Shown in pieces: positions 37,252 through 46,955 of a stretch of DNA of 64,000 nt (its first letter is position 1; each line of letters opens with the position of its first letter). A program made the translations under genes and the position numbers. Source of the stretch: Anaerolineales bacterium. Lineage in GTDB: Bacteria; Chloroflexota; Anaerolineae; Aggregatilineales; J027. The notes under the pieces are model-generated. The model worked only from the letters and a program-made list of their open reading frames with translations. It was not told the origin of the DNA and did not search any database. The stretch spans positions 907,768-971,767 of the forward strand of contig JACKCI010000001.1 in NCBI GenBank assembly GCA_020634155.1, written 5' to 3'.

Positions 37252-39453
37252 ATGACTAGTAACGCATCCCCACGCTATGTATCTCTCCGGTGGCGGTTGT
37301 TGTTTCCGCTAGTGGCGGTCATTTTGAGTATCGCTATTGTTGGAGCCTATATTCTCTCAATCACCCTCGGCCTTCACTACACCCAACAAGAGACCAATAC
37401 TCTCCTCACCATGACCGACACCACCCGCACCCAACTCCTCGCCTTGGGAGAACACCATACCCGCGAAATCTTCCGTCTAGCCAATACCAGTGGCCTGCGC
37501 GAAAACATGGCGGCACGCAATACAGCAACTCTATTAGCTCTGGTAGAACCCAATGCCAGCCTCGCAGAACTGGAGACAGTGCTAGTGGTCGCCAACAACG
37601 GTGATGCGTTAGTCGCTATTGAAGGGGACGAAAACGGCTATCATCCCTTACCTCAAACCGATACTGCATGGATTACCCCGCTTGCATCGGTCTTGAATGG
37701 CGAAGTCACCACTGCCCACTTCATCGCGCAGCCCAGCCAAGCACCACTTATCTTCACTGTAATGCCCATCTATACCCCTGCCGATACTGTAATGGGGGCT
37801 ATTGTAATTGGCACTCGTTTAGAGCGTGTTATGGCTGACTTGGAGGCCGCCACTGCCTTCTTCGCTACAAATGGGCAGGTGTGGCTAAGTAACTTGCCTG
37901 ATACAGAAAGGCTGGACAAAAAGACCCGTCAAGCAGTACAGCGCGGGCAGATGGTCACTGAGACACAACGCCTGCATAATGGCCGCTACCATATCGCCTA
38001 TGTGCCACTCGCACTGGACAATAGCCCTGCGCTGGGTACAGTAGCTGTCTACCTGTTGTCAGATACTATCTTCACCAACACTAGTGCCCAACAGATGTTT
38101 AGCTTCCTTGCCACAACTGCCGCCGCTGCCCTTGTCATCACGGCGTACCTTGGCATCGGAAAAATGCTAGAGCGTTTAGAGCATATCCGCAGCACCGCCG
38201 AGGCCCTTCATCACGGCAACATCAGCGCCCGTGCTAACCTCAAGACCAGTGATGAAATCGGTCAATTGGCCTATGCCCTTGACCAATACGCCGACAAGAT
38301 GCAGATTGAGCTAGAGAATTTCCAGCGCTACCGCCGCGAAAGCGCCCGCCTCATCTCTATCATCGAAAGCCTACCCGATGGCCTCGTCATCACCGACCTC
38401 GATGGACGGGTCTTGATGATGAACACCCAAGCCCGTGAACTCATCGGCGGGATTAGTACATGGAAGGCTGGACAATTCGCCCAACTCGCGGCTGAGTTTA
38501 CCGATAGCTTAGGGCCAGCTTTAGCCCCCGGTATCTTTGCTTATGGCAAGGCCACCCGTATCCCCCACCAAGACCATATCCTACAGGTGCAGTCAGCGGT
38601 GGTCATGTCCCGCACTGGTAAGAAGCTTGGTTTGTTGTTCAGTCTACGGGATGTTGGCACAGAGGTAAAACGTGAACAACGCTTTGATAGCCTCTTGGAT
38701 GAGCTTGCTCAAGATGTCCACCTCCCTATTGCCCATCTTGCCCAAAATGCCGCCCTTAACGCCATCAACACCAGCGCCACCCCCAACACCTTGTTAGCCT
38801 TTGCACGCGACATCGCCCGTAACGCCCGTTCCATGCAACGCATCATTAGCGAATTACGTGACCTCAACACCTTCAATCCTGAAGATGTGCGCCAAGGTCA
38901 ACGCCCTATCTTGGTTAATGAACTGCTGTGGCAAGTTGCCGCTCAATGGAAACCGAGCGCCAATGCTGCTCGCCTTCAACTTGAAATCCAAACCCCACCG
39001 ACGGCCTGTTATGTCCTTGGTGATGACCGCCGTTTACGTTGGGCCTTGGGCAATATCTTAGATAACGCCATCAAGTATTCCCTACAACAGCGTGTGGTGC
39101 GTGTCATTGGTACCGAGGTTGAAGATGGCACAATCGCCCATATCCGAATCCAAGATGAGGGGGTTGGTATTTCTGTTGATAACCTTAACCACTTGTTTGA
39201 GCGTTTCTATCGTGGTCAACCCACGCGCCCCGATGGCAGCCTCATTGAACAGCCGGGATCAGGCCAAGGTCTGTACCTCACCCGCAAAGTGATTGAGGCG
39301 CATGGTGGCAAAATTGAAATTGAAAGCACGGTTGGGATGGGGACAACTGTCCATGTTTACCTGCCGATGACATCACCGCTGCCATTGGAGATGCCAATGA
39401 TGTTTGACGTTAGCGAACAACAGCAACCTGTTGATCGACTTTCCACCCGTTAA
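37252..39453 (+). CDS. Sensor histidine kinase (periplasmic sensor, HAMP, PAS, HisKA, HATPase_c); no adjacent response regulator
   Basis: TM, extracytoplasmic region, TM, then HAMP (EALHHGNISARANLKTSDEIGQLAYALDQY), a PAS-like region, and the G-boxes DEGVGI and GSGQGLYL; the start could alternatively be GTG 37213. Confidence 0.8.
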   Translation: MTSNASPRYVSLRWRLLFPLVAVILSIAIVGAYILSITLGLHYTQQETNTLLTMTDTTRTQLLALGEHHTREIFRLANTSGLRENMAARNTATLLALVEPNASLAELETVLVVANNGDALVAIEGDENGYHPLPQTDTAWITPLASVLNGEVTTAHFIAQPSQAPLIFTVMPIYTPADTVMGAIVIGTRLERVMADLEAATAFFATNGQVWLSNLPDTERLDKKTRQAVQRGQMVTETQRLHNGRYHIAYVPLALDNSPALGTVAVYLLSDTIFTNTSAQQMFSFLATTAAAALVITAYLGIGKMLERLEHIRSTAEALHHGNISARANLKTSDEIGQLAYALDQYADKMQIELENFQRYRRESARLISIIESLPDGLVITDLDGRVLMMNTQARELIGGISTWKAGQFAQLAAEFTDSLGPALAPGIFAYGKATRIPHQDHILQVQSAVVMSRTGKKLGLLFSLRDVGTEVKREQRFDSLLDELAQDVHLPIAHLAQNAALNAINTSATPNTLLAFARDIARNARSMQRIISELRDLNTFNPEDVRQGQRPILVNELLWQVAAQWKPSANAARLQLEIQTPPTACYVLGDDRRLRWALGNILDNAIKYSLQQRVVRVIGTEVEDGTIAHIRIQDEGVGISVDNLNHLFERFYRGQPTRPDGSLIEQPGSGQGLYLTRKVIEAHGGKIEIESTVGMGTTVHVYLPMTSPLPLEMPMMFDVSEQQQPVDRLSTR

Positions 39454-39464
39454 CCCTCTGATAT

Positions 39465-40973
39465 ATGGCACGCCTCATTAATCTTCTTGCAAGCCTGTTG
39501 CTCATCATTTTCATGCTAATATATGCGCGAGAACTGGATAGCTCATGGGTCTATTTTGGTATTCCCTATACACTGGGTCTATTGATAGCCTTCATAGCAG
39601 CAGCCGTACACCCCATCAGCGTCACCAACCGTATGAACCTCGCCTTACTCGCAGGCTTGTGGGCAGGCATGGCCCTCTATCCCTATGCCCTTAACTATAG
39701 CTTCGATTCATCGCCTGCGATTGCCGTCATCATGATTGGTCTGCTGGGGTGGTTCAGTCTATGGTGGATACGCCCTCATCTTAAAGCATTGCTACACAGT
39801 CGTCCATTCACCCTCAATCTTTTGGTGATGAACATCTCAGTTGTATCCATGGTTTTGCTCACCTTCATGCTTGAACTGTACGTCATCCGTTACCCGCCAC
39901 AGAATGCACAACGCATTGGCATTATCTATACCCCACATTCAACGCTCGAACACCAAACGGTAGAATTCACCTACGCGGCCCATATCAATAACTATGGCTT
40001 TCGTGGGGCTGATGTAAAGGCACACTTTGCGGGTGATTGCCGCGTGATGCTAGTCGGTGATTCGTATACTTATGGATGGGGAGTTGAGTATCCCAATACA
40101 TGGGGCGCACAATTAGAAACTGCGCTTGATAAGGAGATAGAGGCCGAAATACTCAATCTGGGCTATCCGGGAGTTGGCCCCCAAACCTATGCCGCCGTGG
40201 TTGCACAAGCAGCACCAATCTTTGAGCCAGATATTATTGTGGTTAGCCTATTACAGGGTGACGACCTCATGCAAGCCGAAGATGTCGCCCAGCGCTTACC
40301 TGCCCTACTCTCAGGCGGGGGACAAATCAATCAATTTCTCCATAGACACTACCCAAACATCACCCGTTACCTTTTCATCACCCCACAGTATGTCTCCCAA
40401 GCAGCCTACCGAGATACATGGATTGAGGTAGCAGAAGACGCCCTCCAGCAGTATCCTTACGCCTTTGATCATATTGATAGTTTCATACAAAGCCTATACA
40501 AGACAGGGCAACTGAATCCTTACATGATTGCGGTCAGCCAAAATACCGACTATTTCACCGCATTGCTCAACCCCGAACAATCTAAGATTCAGGCCCAAAT
40601 AAGCGCAATGGGCAAAGCACTCAATAGCATTAATGAATATGCTCCGCAATTGATTGTTGCCAGTATCCCCTACCGTGCCTATGTTTCAGATGAAGAACAA
40701 GCACTTCTTGGCGAATTGGGAATCCATACCGTGCCAGAGATGGTCACCACAACAACAATGGATGATGTTGTGCAGCTTGCCTTGGATACTGTCGCAGATA
40801 AACAGAATATCCGTTTTTTTGAGGCCACCCAAGTCTTCCGTGAGGCTTCCGAAATACTCTATTTTCGTTATGATGGTCACTTCACTATCGCTGGCAATCG
40901 CCTATTCGCAGAACAGATTTATCCTGTTGTACAAGAGGCCTGTCTGCAAGTGCGTGACTCATATGCAAATTAA
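39465..40973 (+). CDS. Membrane-anchored SGNH/GDSL-family hydrolase
   Basis: 502 aa; N-terminal about 130 aa with 4 TM helices, then a GDSL block LVGDSYTYGWG and the SGNH fold. Confidence 0.65.
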   Translation: MARLINLLASLLLIIFMLIYARELDSSWVYFGIPYTLGLLIAFIAAAVHPISVTNRMNLALLAGLWAGMALYPYALNYSFDSSPAIAVIMIGLLGWFSLWWIRPHLKALLHSRPFTLNLLVMNISVVSMVLLTFMLELYVIRYPPQNAQRIGIIYTPHSTLEHQTVEFTYAAHINNYGFRGADVKAHFAGDCRVMLVGDSYTYGWGVEYPNTWGAQLETALDKEIEAEILNLGYPGVGPQTYAAVVAQAAPIFEPDIIVVSLLQGDDLMQAEDVAQRLPALLSGGGQINQFLHRHYPNITRYLFITPQYVSQAAYRDTWIEVAEDALQQYPYAFDHIDSFIQSLYKTGQLNPYMIAVSQNTDYFTALLNPEQSKIQAQISAMGKALNSINEYAPQLIVASIPYRAYVSDEEQALLGELGIHTVPEMVTTTTMDDVVQLALDTVADKQNIRFFEATQVFREASEILYFRYDGHFTIAGNRLFAEQIYPVVQEACLQVRDSYAN

Positions 40974-41000
40974 AAGGGGAGGTCGGCCCTCCCCTAATCA
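40974..41000 (-). terminator. Intrinsic terminator for glgP (hairpin shared with the convergent SGNH gene)
   Basis: GGGGAGG-TCGGC-CCTCCCC hairpin (40976-40994); on the minus strand it is followed by TTTTAATTTG. Confidence 0.5.
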
Positions 41001-41009
41001 TAGGTTAGC

Positions 41010-43580
41010 TTATTTCTTGGTTGCCCACCGAATCAACCCCGTTAGGATAGGATTGGGTAGGTTAACGTGGTTTGGCAAGACCCGCACGGATATACCGCTT
41101 GCACCCGTTTGGTGATAGCGCATCTCAGCCGTAAAAGTATAAACGCTCCCCGCTTGCTTGGTTGGAGACATGGTAATGGCCGAACCATTGATTAGGTTGC
41201 CATCGGTGTCTAATGACCCAACATAGAGTTGAACAAGAACATCGCTTGGCGTCAAATCACCGAGTGAAACCACTGCATCAACTTGGAAATCATCGCCAAC
41301 CTCTACATGCTCACTGGAGATTTTGACCTCACGCACTTCGACCTTGGGCCATGCTTTGTGAACATTAATCAGCCAATCCGCAAATTCACGACCTTGCTCG
41401 ATATTCCCACCCGTCAATGACTCAAATCGGTTCTTGGAGGGCATATAGTAACGCTCGGCATATTCAATCACCATCCGGTCAGAACTGAAGAAAGCCGACA
41501 GTTTCTGCATACTGGTTTTCATCTTCTGCACCCACCGAGTAGGCGTATTGTCCCGCCGACGGTCATAGAACAACGGCACCACATCTTGCTCTAAAAGATT
41601 GTAGAGTGCTTGACTTTCAATGAAGTCTTGCAGTTCCTGCTCTTCAGGTGTGTACATCTCGCCACTACCAATCGCCCAACCGAGTTCTGGCTCATAGGCT
41701 TCATCCCACCAGCCATCCAAAACACTCAAGTTAAGGCCGCCATTGTAGATAACTTTCATCCCGCTAGTACCACTGGCTTCTTGGGGACGGCGTGGGTTAT
41801 TAAGCCAAATATCCACCCCTTGCACCAGATAGCGAGCAATGGTCATATCATAGTTTTCCAAGAACACAATGGCATGACGGAATTCAGGCATACGCGAATA
41901 ATGTACAATTTCGCGGATGAATTCTTTGCCGGGGTGGTCATGGGGATGGGCCTTACCCGCAAAAATAAACTGAATTGGAAAATCAGGGTTGTTCACCAAA
42001 CGGCTCAAACGCTCTGGGTCACGGAACAACAGGTTAGCGCGTTTGTAGGTCGCAAAGCGCCGCGCAAAGCCAATCGACAGGGCTTCGGGGTTCAAGACCT
42101 CCTCGGCGTTCTCAATTTCGGCTTGCGAGGCACCTCGTCGCACCAATTGCTTCCGCAAACGAGTGCGGGTAAAAGCTACCAAACGCGCCCGACGGCGCTC
42201 ATGCACACGCCATAATTCAGTATCAGGAATACGCTCAATGTCCTGCCAAATCTGCTCATTGGAGGTATCCAAACGCCATGAGGGGTTTAGATAGCGGTCA
42301 TACAGATTCATAATTTCTTGGCTGACCCATGTTTGGACATGAACACCATTGGTAACGGCCTCAATCGGAACCTCAGCTTCTGGGACTTCCTTAAACATAG
42401 ATTGCCACATCCGACGTGACACCACCCCGTGCAATTGGCTGACAGCGTTGGTAGCGGTGGACATCTTGAGTGCCATTACAGGCAATGAGAATAAGTCGTA
42501 GCCGCCCATTTGCTCCCGACCCAAATCATGGAATTGGTCGCGGGTCAGGCCAAGCGCCTTCCAAAGCCAAGGTAGATGCTCATCAATCAGGTCATAACCA
42601 AAACGCTCCAGCCCAGCGGGTACTGGGGTATGGATGGTATAGACACTACTGGTGGCTAAGATATTTTGAGCCTCTTGAAAGGTAAATCCGGGGTTTTCTT
42701 CCATAAACATGCGGGTACGCTCAAGGGCGCTAAAGGCACTATGACCCTCATTCATGTGAACCACATTGAAGGGAATATCAAGGGCCTTGAGCAAACGAAC
42801 CCCGCCAATCCCTAACAGAATTTCTTGGCGGATACGGGTACGGCGATCTCCTCCATAGAGGCGGTCGGTCAAATTGCGTAAGTCATCTGCGTTGTTGGGA
42901 TGATTGGCATCGAGCAGATACAAAGATACCCGACCCACATCGACCTTCCATACCCACGCATGGAGTGTCTTGCTGGCGCATGGCACCGTAATGACCAATC
43001 GCTCCCCATTCGCCTTATACACAGGCCGAATAGGAAGATTAGAATAATCATTGAGGGGGTAAGATTCTTGTTGATAGCCATCTTGATTGAGGTATTGCTG
43101 GAAATAACCCTCTTGGTAGAGTAGCCCAACTCCAACAAGTGGCAAACCAAGGTCAGAAGCACTCTTGAGATGGTCACCAGAAAGCACTCCAAGGCCACCT
43201 GAATAGTTTTGGAAACAGGTAGTTAAGCCAAACTCCATACTGAAATAGGCGATATTCGGCTGATTAAAAGCGTCATAATGACGACGATACCATGTGTTTT
43301 CGGATTGCATGTAGGCATCGAAGCTATCGACAACTTGTTTAAAATGGGCCATAAACGCGTTATCTTTGACAGCAGCTTCAAGCGTTTCTTGGTTTACCAA
43401 ACCCAACAACCACACCGGATTGTAATTTGTCTTGATCCAAATATCGGTATCTAACCGACGGAAGAGCGTCACTGCATCTGGATCCCATGCCCAATGTAGG
43501 TTATAGGCTACGTCTAACAGCCGCTTAAGTTCAGGCGGCAGTTTCGGGCTTACGTCAACGGTTGCAACGGGACGAATCAT
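41010..43580 (-). CDS. glgP: Alpha-glucan (glycogen/maltodextrin) phosphorylase, GT35
   Basis: 856 aa; alpha-glucan phosphorylase family architecture; PLP-binding Lys region (...EASGTSGMK...) in the C-terminal half. Confidence 0.9.
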   Translation of the reverse strand: MIRPVATVDVSPKLPPELKRLLDVAYNLHWAWDPDAVTLFRRLDTDIWIKTNYNPVWLLGLVNQETLEAAVKDNAFMAHFKQVVDSFDAYMQSENTWYRRHYDAFNQPNIAYFSMEFGLTTCFQNYSGGLGVLSGDHLKSASDLGLPLVGVGLLYQEGYFQQYLNQDGYQQESYPLNDYSNLPIRPVYKANGERLVITVPCASKTLHAWVWKVDVGRVSLYLLDANHPNNADDLRNLTDRLYGGDRRTRIRQEILLGIGGVRLLKALDIPFNVVHMNEGHSAFSALERTRMFMEENPGFTFQEAQNILATSSVYTIHTPVPAGLERFGYDLIDEHLPWLWKALGLTRDQFHDLGREQMGGYDLFSLPVMALKMSTATNAVSQLHGVVSRRMWQSMFKEVPEAEVPIEAVTNGVHVQTWVSQEIMNLYDRYLNPSWRLDTSNEQIWQDIERIPDTELWRVHERRRARLVAFTRTRLRKQLVRRGASQAEIENAEEVLNPEALSIGFARRFATYKRANLLFRDPERLSRLVNNPDFPIQFIFAGKAHPHDHPGKEFIREIVHYSRMPEFRHAIVFLENYDMTIARYLVQGVDIWLNNPRRPQEASGTSGMKVIYNGGLNLSVLDGWWDEAYEPELGWAIGSGEMYTPEEQELQDFIESQALYNLLEQDVVPLFYDRRRDNTPTRWVQKMKTSMQKLSAFFSSDRMVIEYAERYYMPSKNRFESLTGGNIEQGREFADWLINVHKAWPKVEVREVKISSEHVEVGDDFQVDAVVSLGDLTPSDVLVQLYVGSLDTDGNLINGSAITMSPTKQAGSVYTFTAEMRYHQTGASGISVRVLPNHVNLPNPILTGLIRWATKK

Positions 43581-43634
43581 GGGTAATAAAACTCCTTCCT
43601 TCTAAGGCAGAAGGATAAACCGTTTAACTCAAAC

Positions 43635-44282
43635 TTGCCAACGACAAAATGCACAAACCTACGGTATACTCCCTTTATGAAAGTCTACCGTCAACTCACC
43701 TATGCACTACAACTCATCGCCTCCCTCAATGTGTTGGTGGCGCTGTTCTTGCCTTGGCATACTGAGCATGGCAACGCCCTTGAATTGATGCAACGCCCCC
43801 TTGAAGGCACTCTGCCTTATAGTCTCGTTTCGCCTTGGGTTCTGTTATGGGGTCTACCATTAATTGGTCTGGTAAGCTTGCTGCGAGGAGCTAGTGGCAT
43901 CTTTGACGCACATGCGCCGGGACGTACATGGGCGATTCGCACAAGTCTTTTAGCTGCCATTGTCATGGGTTGGTACTATCTTATCTTTGGCTCAGAAGCC
44001 GATAGCCTCAACATCATCGGTGAAATTCGCTTCGGCTATTGGCTGACGGTTAGTTCTTTGCTCCTTCTGACCTTGTTAATTTTGACTGAATGGCTGCTGC
44101 CAGAATACGACCCTCACCTTGCCCATTTGGCAAAATTGACCCATGATGACCCAGAACGCATCTGGGAAGGCCACTATCGTGTGTGTCCCTATTGTGGCAG
44201 CCCTAATGACCCTGAAAACCGTCGTTGCTCATTCTGTGGCATCACACTCTTTCATGATGAAAGGAAACCCAAACATCGATGA
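43635..44282 (+). CDS. Hypothetical polytopic membrane protein with C-terminal double-CxxC zinc ribbon
   Basis: 215 aa; 4-5 TM helices; C-terminus RVCPYCGSPNDPENRRCSFCG. Confidence 0.45.
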   Translation: MPTTKCTNLRYTPFMKVYRQLTYALQLIASLNVLVALFLPWHTEHGNALELMQRPLEGTLPYSLVSPWVLLWGLPLIGLVSLLRGASGIFDAHAPGRTWAIRTSLLAAIVMGWYYLIFGSEADSLNIIGEIRFGYWLTVSSLLLLTLLILTEWLLPEYDPHLAHLAKLTHDDPERIWEGHYRVCPYCGSPNDPENRRCSFCGITLFHDERKPKHR

Positions 44283-44527
44283 GTAATTCACCCCAACCAC
44301 CCCAACTCCTAACCGCCAAAACATTGACTAAAGCGAACCTTTTGGGTGGTGTGTTGTTTATTCTATTGATTCTCACCGCCACAGGCCTTTACTTCCTGCT
44401 TGGATTAATTGGCTGGGACGCAGGGTCAGCAGGCCGTATTCTGGTAGCACTCGTCGTGAGTCCGCTGGTGGTAGGAATCGGTTTTGCCCTTGTATGGATG
44501 TTGATGCTCAAGAAGACCAATGGATAA
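44279..44527 (+). CDS. Small two-TM membrane protein
   Basis: 82 aa; ATGA start/stop overlap with the upstream gene; two hydrophobic helices. Confidence 0.35.
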   Translation: MSNSPQPPQLLTAKTLTKANLLGGVLFILLILTATGLYFLLGLIGWDAGSAGRILVALVVSPLVVGIGFALVWMLMLKKTNG

Positions 44528-45389
44528 CGATAAACACTACCAACTCCTGAGCCAAAAACTAAGCAAACGCGGTCACCAATTTTTGCCCCTGCTACGCTGT
44601 CCGGTGACGGGTAGTTCGCTCGAAGATCATCATACTCATTTTCAAACCCCTGACGGCTCTCATATTTATCAATTTGAGGCTGGCATTCTGCGTCTATTGA
44701 CGCCCGAACAAAAACGGGCCTTTGCCGCTGAGGAACTGTCCATCTCAACCGAGAATCAAAGTAACGACTGGCAAAGCCCCACTCCTGACGATTTTCGCCA
44801 ACTACCGCAAACTGGCTTAGATGGCTGGCCGCTTGGTTACTGGCAACGACGCGCCGAGATTACCGCCGAGATGTGGCGCGTGATTGAGCATATTCGGGTT
44901 GATGAAGAACGGTTGCCAATTGGCCCAATGGGAAACGCGGTAGATTTTACAGATGACATGGGCTGGATTGCCTATGGTCTCGATATGTCCGGCTATACCA
45001 CCATTGCGGTCAGTCAAAGCATTGGTTCCTATGGATTAGGTGTCTTTGACCATTCGCGCTATCTGCGGGTACAGGCTGCCATCGATAATCCTCCCCTCAC
45101 CCCAGAACAGTTTGACCTTGTTGTCTTTAGCTTCAGCCTCAAAACACCACAACCTACACTGGACCATGCGGTGCGGTTGCTCAAAAAGGGTGGGCTATTA
45201 ATTGTGATGGCAGACAAGGGCAATGAGTCTATTCAGCAAGAGGCCGGAACCGCCCTGCAAAGCCTTGGCTTTGAGGCACGATTCCAGCGCGTGGGAGCAA
45301 TGGGTAATACCTTTAGCCGCACCCTCAAAAATCTGGTCGGCTACCGTCCCGATGTACCGCCTCTAGTGGTTGTACGTCGCCAACGCTAA
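44520..45389 (+). CDS. Hypothetical protein: Trm112-like zinc-ribbon-like N-terminus plus degenerate Rossmann methyltransferase-like domain
   Basis: 289 aa; N-terminal LLRCPVTGSSL (Trm112/DUF343-like); C-terminal DLVVFSFSL and LLKKGGLLIV resemble MTase motifs II/III, but motif I is degenerate. Confidence 0.4.
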   Translation: MDNDKHYQLLSQKLSKRGHQFLPLLRCPVTGSSLEDHHTHFQTPDGSHIYQFEAGILRLLTPEQKRAFAAEELSISTENQSNDWQSPTPDDFRQLPQTGLDGWPLGYWQRRAEITAEMWRVIEHIRVDEERLPIGPMGNAVDFTDDMGWIAYGLDMSGYTTIAVSQSIGSYGLGVFDHSRYLRVQAAIDNPPLTPEQFDLVVFSFSLKTPQPTLDHAVRLLKKGGLLIVMADKGNESIQQEAGTALQSLGFEARFQRVGAMGNTFSRTLKNLVGYRPDVPPLVVVRRQR

Positions 45390-45848
45390 AGACTCCCGCA
45401 ACACCTGTTCAAGCCGATTATGGGTCGGGAAGTCTTCGTCCATACCCACAAAACGCCAGACCACCTGTCGCTCATGGTTCAAGACATAGACACCCAAAGG
45501 CTGGGTTACTTTGGGTTTATCCGGTATACATACCAAATCATCGGTCAGGGTGCGCTGCTCATCTGCATGAAGCACAAAGGGAAGCGGCTCTAGGCTACTA
45601 ATCACAAAACTCCATACGCTGGTATGATTTTCCGGCACCACAAAAAGCGTATTCACACCCATCTTAGAATAGATTGAATGACGACGACGCATGGTGTGAA
45701 TTTGCCCCACGCAGAATGGGCACCACGTTCCACGCAGCACAATCATCATCAACCCATGCTCACCCATTTGCTGATCCAAGGTTATAGTTTGGTTTTGTGA
45801 GTCAATTACCGATAAATTTGGTAAAATATCTCCGATGTTATATCGCAT
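45363..45848 (-). CDS. Redoxin/peroxiredoxin-like thioredoxin-fold protein (AhpC/TSA family)
   Basis: 161 aa; WCPFC CxxC-type motif in the context MMIVLRGTWCPFCVGQIHTM; its 3' end overlaps the convergent upstream gene by 27 bp. Confidence 0.65.
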   Translation of the reverse strand: MRYNIGDILPNLSVIDSQNQTITLDQQMGEHGLMMIVLRGTWCPFCVGQIHTMRRRHSIYSKMGVNTLFVVPENHTSVWSFVISSLEPLPFVLHADEQRTLTDDLVCIPDKPKVTQPLGVYVLNHERQVVWRFVGMDEDFPTHNRLEQVLRESLALATYNH

Positions 45849-45906
45849 TTGCTAAACTCCTGTCTAATGATATAGACGAATTAGTGTTACTCGAGCCTTA
45901 CATCCG

Positions 45907-46938
45907 ATGAAAAAACTCTTTTTTATCTGTGCGCCAACTGATTACCCTTGGACTCGTAGCCTTGCCCATCAATTCTTCAGCATGGGATACCGCGTATACC
46001 TTGAACCACCCGACGAAGCTGATGACGAAAAAGTCCGTGAGCGTACCGCCCGCGCCCTATATAATGCTGAAATCATGATCGCTATTGTCTCCAAAGAAAG
46101 CGCCATTGGCAGTTCTGCTGAGGCATTTGAAGCATGGTGGCGGCCTTTTGTTGATTCGGGACGGCAGGTGATTGCTTGCATCACACCCGACTCACCCGCA
46201 GGCGCTGAAAACTGGATTCCTTACGACCTGATTCGCCGTCCACATGTGGATTTTCGGCGGGCAGGTGGAGCGGCGCGTTTAGCTGAACTGGTCAATAAAG
46301 ATGGCTCCACCACACAAGCACGCCCAGCACACACCAATCATGAGGATGATTACGAAGCCCAGTTTGAACCAGAGCCAGTCGCCGCTTATCCAACCCAACC
46401 CGTCACCCCTGTAAAAGATGAACCCGAGTCAGCATCAAAAACATCCATTATTCGTACTCTGATTGGCTTGGTGGTAGGGTTCATTATGGTATTGGTAATT
46501 TGGCAGGTGGCCCTACAGAGCGACAACGGTGATGCTCTCATTTGGGTAGGCGGATTAGCTATTATGGTGGTCGTAGTTTATTTGATTGGGCGGTGGCGTC
46601 CGCAATCTCGCAGCCAAGCAGCGAAAAAGCTGGTGGGCTATCTAGAGGTTATTTCGAGCGATGATGCCAAGACAAAAGGACGTGTTTATGGCCTCATGAA
46701 CACCTTACACATTGGCTCTGGACGGCGTGCCCAAATCCGCCTTAAGGTTGAGGGAATCGAAAAACAACACTGCACCATCTTTTATGATGGCAAAGCCTAC
46801 TACCTTGAAAACACCAGTGATAGCCGCACGATATTGTATGATCGGCAGCTAGACAGTGGTGAAGTGGTTGTATTGCAGCACGGTGATTTAATTACCGTTG
46901 GGCAAGCCGTAGTCTTGCAGTTCCGTACCCAGCTTTAG
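45907..46938 (+). CDS. TIR-like domain, 2 TM helices, C-terminal FHA domain signalling protein
   Basis: 343 aa. Residues 1-130 show the TIR_2-like pattern (KLFFICAPTDYPW...EIMIAIVSKESAIGSSAEAFEAWW). An acidic/Pro linker follows, then two TM helices (IIRTLIGLVVGFIMVLVIWQV and ALIWVGGLAIMVVVVYLIG). The C-terminus is an FHA fold (GSGRRAQIRL...HCTIFYDGKAYYLENTSDSRTILYDRQL...GDLITVGQ). Confidence 0.6.
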   Translation: MKKLFFICAPTDYPWTRSLAHQFFSMGYRVYLEPPDEADDEKVRERTARALYNAEIMIAIVSKESAIGSSAEAFEAWWRPFVDSGRQVIACITPDSPAGAENWIPYDLIRRPHVDFRRAGGAARLAELVNKDGSTTQARPAHTNHEDDYEAQFEPEPVAAYPTQPVTPVKDEPESASKTSIIRTLIGLVVGFIMVLVIWQVALQSDNGDALIWVGGLAIMVVVVYLIGRWRPQSRSQAAKKLVGYLEVISSDDAKTKGRVYGLMNTLHIGSGRRAQIRLKVEGIEKQHCTIFYDGKAYYLENTSDSRTILYDRQLDSGEVVVLQHGDLITVGQAVVLQFRTQL

Positions 46939-46955
46939 CTTGCGGCCTTCTGTTG

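Noticed and set aside
40976-40994. Perfect 7-bp GC hairpin GGGGAGG/CCTCCCC as a possible att site or REP-like element
   Set aside because: Single copy in the window. It is positioned exactly between two convergent stops, with a T-run on the minus strand, so a terminator is the parsimonious reading.
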